Origin: Prasinococcaceae sp. CCMP 1430
Taxonomy: Eukaryota; Plantae; Prasinodermophyta
Length of the DNA stretch: 34,952 nt
Reading direction: 5' to 3'
Assembly: GCA_013416795.1 (NCBI GenBank)
Contig: RQSC01001207.1
Location: 114,350 to 149,301, forward strand
The notes under the pieces: model-generated
The model's input: only the letters and a program-made list of their open reading frames with translations
Told to the model about the DNA's origin: nothing
The model's database searches: none
Position numbers and translations under genes: made by a program
Shown here: in pieces, positions 29,334 to 34,952 of the stretch
How positions within the stretch are numbered: the stretch's first letter is position 1
Layout of the letters: every line of letters starts with the position of its first letter

Positions 29334-31078
29334 CAGCGGTGCCACGCGCGCGCGCCCCACACGCGCGTTCGCGCCGGGCGAGGGCCGGACGCCGCGGCCG
29401 AGCCCAAGTACCGGTGCGCCGTGCGCACGTTGCGCCGGCGGCGGCTGGTTTTGGTTGGGGGCGAGCGCGCGGCTGACGCGCGCCGCTGCGCCGGTGCCCG
29501 TCACCATCTCGCGCTCCATCACCGGCCGCGGCAGCGGCGTGGTGTTGGTCGGCAGGGTGCATAAATGCGGCTCGATTTTGGCGCAGGACTTCGTGCACAA
29601 GCACGTCAGCAAAGGGCGGGACGCGGGCGGCAGGCCGTTCATCGTCGAGCATGTGCGTCTGCTGATGCGGCGATGGCAGGGGCATTGCGCGTCGGGCGTG
29701 GCAGTGGCGCCGACGTGATGTCATGTGAGCGCGATTGCATGCGCTTTGCGCGCGTGCGCCTGACGCACACCGCATCCACTGGCAGGCTCAGGAATCGGGT
29801 GCCGTCAAGGCGCTGCGCTGCGCGGCAGACTACTGGGTGGAGCCCAAGGAGAGAGGGCCCTCAGGAAAGAGCTGCGGCCCCGCGGACTGGTTTGAGCACG
29901 CGTGCAATCTGACGCTCGAGTCCGGCCTGGCAGACGACGGCGGCGGCAACTGGCACGCCAAGGAACTCACAGGGCTGCCTGTGCTAGTCAAGCAGATATA
30001 GTGCGTTCGATCCTCGCCCGCGCCGCCTCTTTTGCATCAAGGAGACCAGGGCTGCCGTGACCGCTGACATCCCCTGTGACGTGCGCAACGCCCCGCAGCA
30101 ACCCGAAGCCGCACTACAAGTACAATCGCCTGCCTGGAAACTCGTCCAAGACGCCGCGCTTGTTACGCCTCGTCAAGGACTTCTGGAACATGCAGGTGGC
30201 CCAGGCCGCACTCCCAAGGCGGCGCTCGTCATGGAAGATGCAGTGGGCGCCGCCAGAGGGCGCATGGGCGGGTGCCAATCGTCACGCGCAGTTGCCGGAG
30301 AAGTGCGCGCAGGCCATCGAGCACGGTCGCATTCGCTACATAAGCAACGCGCGCGAGCCATTCTCGATGGCGGTCTCTGACTGGGCGTATTCGCGCGCCT
30401 GCAAGGAGCCGTGGTGGATGAACACGAGGCAGCAATGGGGCCCGCACGCCAACGAGACCCTCTGCGCTGTGCTGCAGCGCCTCAGCCCTGAGGAGGGAGT
30501 CGTCTATAACGCCAAGGAGGGGGTCTTTGGCTGGGCGCTGCCCCAGATGGTCGCGAACACGCTCGGAGGGGGCGCGCACGAAATGGGCGTGCCGCACCTC
30601 GTCCTGAGGCTGGAGCGCTTCGCCAGCTTTCCCATGGCGTCCGAGGCGTTCGAACAGTTCGCGCGTTTCGTCACCTTCACGGACCTCGACGATGGCGCCA
30701 TAGTGTCGCCCAACATGTCGTTCCTGGCCAAGGCGGCGGCACGAGAGCAAACGGCGTCGGGCCAAGGCTTCGACAGCAAGCACAGCACGCACAAGGCAGT
30801 CCAGGAGGGTCGCGCCGCCCGCTGTATGAGGTGCGCGATGACCTAGACCGCTGGCAGCACGCGGGCTGCGAGTGCCAGCGCAGTGGCGAAACCATGCATT
30901 TGACTGGCCGCCATCTCCGGGGGTGAGACTCTGACTGACGCCCTTGTGCCTCTCTCGCCGTGGCGCCCAGGTGCTGCACGCCGACGCCGAGCTCGGGCCT
31001 CTGCTGTGCGCGGCGCGCGTCGCCTCGGGGTACGCCCCCCCGCCTGCGAAGTGGCCATGCATCGACGACGTGGAGTGA
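29334..31078 (+). CDS. Sulfotransferase-like protein; exons approximately <29400..29413, 29535..29652, 29786..30000, 30099..30830, 30971..31078, with an apparent frameshift near 30820
   Basis: 5'-PAPS-binding-like VHKCGS, 3'-PB-like YISNAREPFSMAVS, then KEPW and a late HST motif. The first three introns keep frame. The last exon (VLHADAELGPLL...GY) needs +1 or -2 nt near 30818-30822. Confidence 0.6.
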
Positions 31079-31371
31079 GCGCCGCGCCGCGCCCTGCCGG
31101 GCGTGTGTAGACTCTTCGCTCGCTACTGCCAAGGTGTCAGCCGAGCGCGCGCCTAGCTAGTAGAGGCCGCTGGTGCTGGGTGCGCCGAGATGATGCCATC
31201 GTCAAAACACACGTAATTAACATACAACGAAAGGCCGAGCGAATGCAGAGGTCAAAATGAATGCCACCGAAGCTCCGTAGTAAATACCGCTGTTTACTGA
31301 ATGTTTCATATCATATTGGATTGTATTTTCTGGTGACAGTTTTGAATTTAGTTCCGTGGTATTTCCTGAAG

Positions 31372-32964
31372 CCCTCGCGCGGCGGCGGCGCCGTGCGCAG
31401 GCGCGGCGCGCCGCCGCGCCGGCACTGAGGCGGCCGACCGCGCGCTGCGCGATCGCGACGCCGCGCGCGACGTCGAGTACGCGCGGCTCGAGCGGGAGCG
31501 GCGCGCGGACGACGTGCTGGGCGCGGGGCAGCCGACGGAAACGGAGAGTGGGGCGGAGCGCGTGCAGGCGGAGGTCGAAGCTGAAGAGGAGAAGGAGGTG
31601 CGCTTGCGCTCGTGTCCGCGCGCGCTTGTTGCCCGAGCGCTCGCTCGCGTGCGCTGACGTGCTCTGTTCTCCGCGCGGCGCAGGAGGACTTCGTGGAGGA
31701 GCCCGGCGTCACCTACCTCGAGCTTGAGGACCTCGACATGGACATCATAGACGAGGACGCTGAGGAGGACGGCCTGCCGCCGCCTCCGGAATCCTCGAAG
31801 GCCGACCTCGGCGACGTCGAGGCGAAGCGGCTGCAGATGCTCAAGGAAGTGCGTCGATGGGTGGGTTGTGTGGTTGGTGGTGGTGTTTTTTGGGGGGGGG
31901 GAGATGGGCGTCTGCCCGCGCTCCGCTCGCGCGCATGGCCTTGCGTGTCCCGAGCCTGACTCGTGTCGCCCGTCACGCGCACCTGCGCGTTGGCTGCCCG
32001 CGCCTGCGCCCTCACCCGCGCTACAGGCCGCCGAAAGGCTGGAGGCCGAGGCGAGCAGCGCGTCGGCTGCCTTGGAGGACGACACTTCCGCCATCGGTGC
32101 GGCGCAGGCCGAGCAGCGGCCGCGCGTGGACGCACAGGCGCAGCAGCCGAAGGAGGAGACGATGGAGACGCAGGAGCCGCCCGCGCCCCCCTCGCCTACG
32201 GGGCCCGCTGGCGACGCGCAGGCGTACACCGCGCCCAACCCCGCGCCCATCGGCGAGCCGAGCGACGCTGATCTGGAGGCTGCGTCGCAGGTGATCGAGC
32301 GCATGCTCAACGCCGGAGGGCTGCTGGACACCGTCATCGACGAGTATTCACACGCAGGCGCCATCTCGCAGCTTTTGGTGGAGGTGTGCACCGCCCGCGC
32401 CGAGCTGGAGCGCGAGCTCGGCCGCACCGAGCAGGCGGAGGCGTGCGCGTTGCTGCGGCGGCGTCTGGTCGCCGAGCGCAAAAAGCGCGCGGCGCCGCCC
32501 GAGCTGAGGCTGCTCGATGAGCTCATCAAGAGCCAGAGCGAGGAGGAGCTGCGCAAGCGGATGGACGAGGCCTTCGGTAGGGCCAAGGTGGACGTGATGG
32601 ACGCCGCGTGGGAGGTGAGCGATACCTGCGCGGGCGCGCACACACACGCGCGCGCACAGGCGCAGGCGCGCCCGCCCGCGAGCGCACGCCGACTCGCCTC
32701 GCTGACTGTCTTGAGCTCCCCGCCCTCGCACGCGCCCTCGCGCAGCTGGCCGAGACCAAGGTGGCCCCATCCGCCCTGACGGTAGACAAGGTGCCGCCCA
32801 ACGCTATCGTCGGCACCGTCGACCAGATCCTCCTCGCGGACGCGTTCTCCTCGGCGAGCGTGGCCGGTCTGAGCGCCAAGGAGATGCTCGAGGAGGCCAA
32901 GAAGCGCAAGATGCTCGAGCAGAAGCTTCAGCTCATCCGCGCCATCGCCAAGGGGTACTGCTAG
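31372..32964 (+). CDS. Hypothetical acidic/helical protein, possibly plastid-targeted; join(<31372..31597,31684..31848,32027..32614,32746..32964)
   Basis: Three phase-0 GT-AG introns with CTGAC branch points keep one frame to TAG 32964. Ala/Arg-rich leader. No in-frame ATG found. Confidence 0.7.
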
Positions 32965-33176
32965 CTGCGCGCGCCGCTGCTACACACTAGCTACAGTACT
33001 ATAGAGTGCATAATTGTGGACTTTACTCACGCCACCCGGGAGGCTTCTGGGGCGCGAGTTGTGACAAGGCGCGTCTGGTGGATCTCCTGACGACCGCGGC
33101 AGGGCTGCGCGGCTGCTCGCGCCGCGCCCATTCTCGCCATAGCGAGGCCTGGCGCCCGCATCCGCACAGTCGCCAG

Positions 33177-34669
33177 TCACATGATGCTGCAACCCAGCTG
33201 TGCCAGGAGGTTGCGAGAGGGGCGTTCGTTGAGCTCCTCCTGGAGGCGCCGCACCTCCGCTTGGGAGTGCTGATACGCCCTGCGGGTGCGGCAGGCGCGT
33301 TCGCGCGCAGTCGTGGAGTGCGCAGAGGAGGGTCAGCTCGGCACGACAATGCGACAGCTGGCGGGGCGGCGCGCGCCGCGCACGCCCGATCTGGACGGAA
33401 CACAGCGCACCTCTCGAACTCCTCGCTCTGCGCCTGCAGCGCCGCCCTGTGTGCTCTCTCCGCGTCGATCTGCACCTGCATGGTTTTGACGCTCGCCTCC
33501 ATGTCCGCCAGGCGGCTCTCCACGGCCCGCTGGACCGCGTCGCGCACTTGGCTCTCCACGAGCATGTGCAGCCGGTTGACGTCGCTGACGTCCTTGAAAT
33601 CGCCGTACGCACGCCCGTTGAGAGAATCAGTTGCCAGCGCAGCCGCTGCGCGGGCTTCCGCCGCGGCATCCGACGCCACGCGGAACAGCCCCTCTGTGAA
33701 GGCCTCCCCGCCGTTGTCGGCGACGACTTGCTCGATGACGGCCTGGAGCCTCGCCCTGCCCGCGGCTCGCACGGCCTTGGGCGCGCGGCGAGAATTGTCC
33801 AAGACGCACGTGCGCCCGCGGCAGTTGTCGAGGTAGCGCCGCAGATCCGTCGGCACGTCGGCTGCCTGCGTGAAGCGTTCGAACGCGGCCTGGAGCCTCG
33901 CCGCCTCAGCTTCGTGCGTGGGCTCATCGTCCGCCTCGTCCTCGCAGTACTCGTCGACCAGCGCGTCGCCGTACGTGAACACGGCGACGGCATGCCGCCA
34001 GAACGAGCTCCCGAAGAGCGCCTCGAGTGCCTCGAGCGCCTGTATCTCGGCGCGAGTGAACCGCACATCCGCGCGGAACACGAGGAGAATCGCATGCACG
34101 CCGGTGTCCCTCGCAAGGCTCACGCAGCGGCTCAATTCCTCGAGCACGGCCCCGTCACCCATCCTCGTGTCAAATAGCCCCACGGTGTCGACGGCCGAAA
34201 GGCTGCCATCGTCGGAGGTCGCCATTGTCGCCTCGCTCGTGACCGAGCATGCAGAGCGCCCGCTCTTGAACGCGGCCCTTTGCAGCAGAAGGTTGCCCGC
34301 AGAGCTCTTGCCATGTCCGGTGGGGCCGACGAGGACGACGGTGCGCCTCTGGGGGTCTGCTCCCGTCGCGTCGTCCACACCTATGTATGGGCACGCCTCG
34401 TGGAGGTCGAGCTCGGAATCGAGCGCCGCTGCCAGCGCCGCACCCGGGTCCGAAGTCAGCGAGCCGCTCGCGCGCGCGGCGTCCCCGCCCAGCGCAGCGC
34501 TCCCGCCGGCGAGCGCTCGCGTCGGGTTGGCGTCGACCGCCGTCCCCTCCGAGAGCATCGTCCCCGTGCCCGAGGGGAACGCGTCCGTGCCCGCGCCCGA
34601 GAGCAGCGACCACTCGTCGTCCCCGCGCGCGTGCGCCTGCGAGGGCGGCTGCGGCGCGTCGCCCTGCAT
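33177..34669 (-). CDS. AIG1/IAN/GIMAP-family GTPase with C-terminal coiled coil and CaaX motif; complement(join(33177..33279,33411..34669)), about 453 aa
   Basis: G1 LVGPTGHGKSSAGN, G2 FKSGRSACSVT, G3 VDTVGLFD, conserved box GVHAILLV...RFT...LFG, G4 VFTYGD, VLDN. A phase-2 intron leads to ...LLAQLGCSIM-stop. Confidence 0.9.
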
Positions 34670-34952
34670 CGGTTCTGCGCCGCGCCGCAGCTGCAGCGGC
34701 AGCGGCGCGCGTTTGCGAGGGGAAAAACCAAACGCGAAAAAATCGCTCGCGCCGCGCCGTCGCCCCTCTCCTGCCCGCCATATCATTGCGCATGCAGTGC
34801 ACCTTTTTCGCCTTTTTTTTTTTTTTTTGGGTACGCGCTGCGACGCGCTGGCGTGTCTCCCTCGCCGAAGCGCCGCGTGCGCGGCGGAGCTGGGCGGCGC
34901 AGCGGCGGGGGCTCCTGGCTGGGGGGTGGGCGCCGCCGCCGGGCCGTTGCGC

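Noticed and set aside
2912-33410. Introner-like repeated introns
   Set aside because: Introns share only donor words (GTGCGC/GTGCGT), branch points and simple repeats; no extended identity or terminal repeats seen by eye.

Overview
GC-rich (roughly 70% by eye) eukaryotic nuclear DNA. It has short GT-AG introns, CTGAC/CTAAC branch points, short AT-rich intergenic islands and two N gaps at GC-rich gene starts. A Chlamydomonas-like RSP9, a plant-type cyclic phosphodiesterase, a FLIP/FIRRM-like gene and a CaaX-ended AIG1 GTPase point to a green alga, probably prasinophyte grade (inference). I reconstructed about 19 genes by hand splicing. In order: hypothetical 3' end, FIRRM/FLIP-like, FSH1/OVCA2 hydrolase, RSP9, RBM25, F-box plus OmpA-like protein, small membrane protein, cyclic phosphodiesterase, BRCA1-like, AsmA-like/C2/PH protein, SDR, Trp/acidic membrane protein, secreted mucin-like mosaic, small orphan, TTL, sulfotransferase-like, hypothetical, AIG1/GIMAP GTPase. 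Two loci stand out. (1) An F-box joined to a bacterial-type OmpA/MotB-like domain, whose frame runs without a stop into RBM25. (2) A tRNA-derived relic lying antisense over the apparent first exon of the cyclic phosphodiesterase. Several genes lack an in-frame ATG or carry an indel, so assembly artefacts must be excluded first. All family calls rest on motif recognition from memory; no searches were run.
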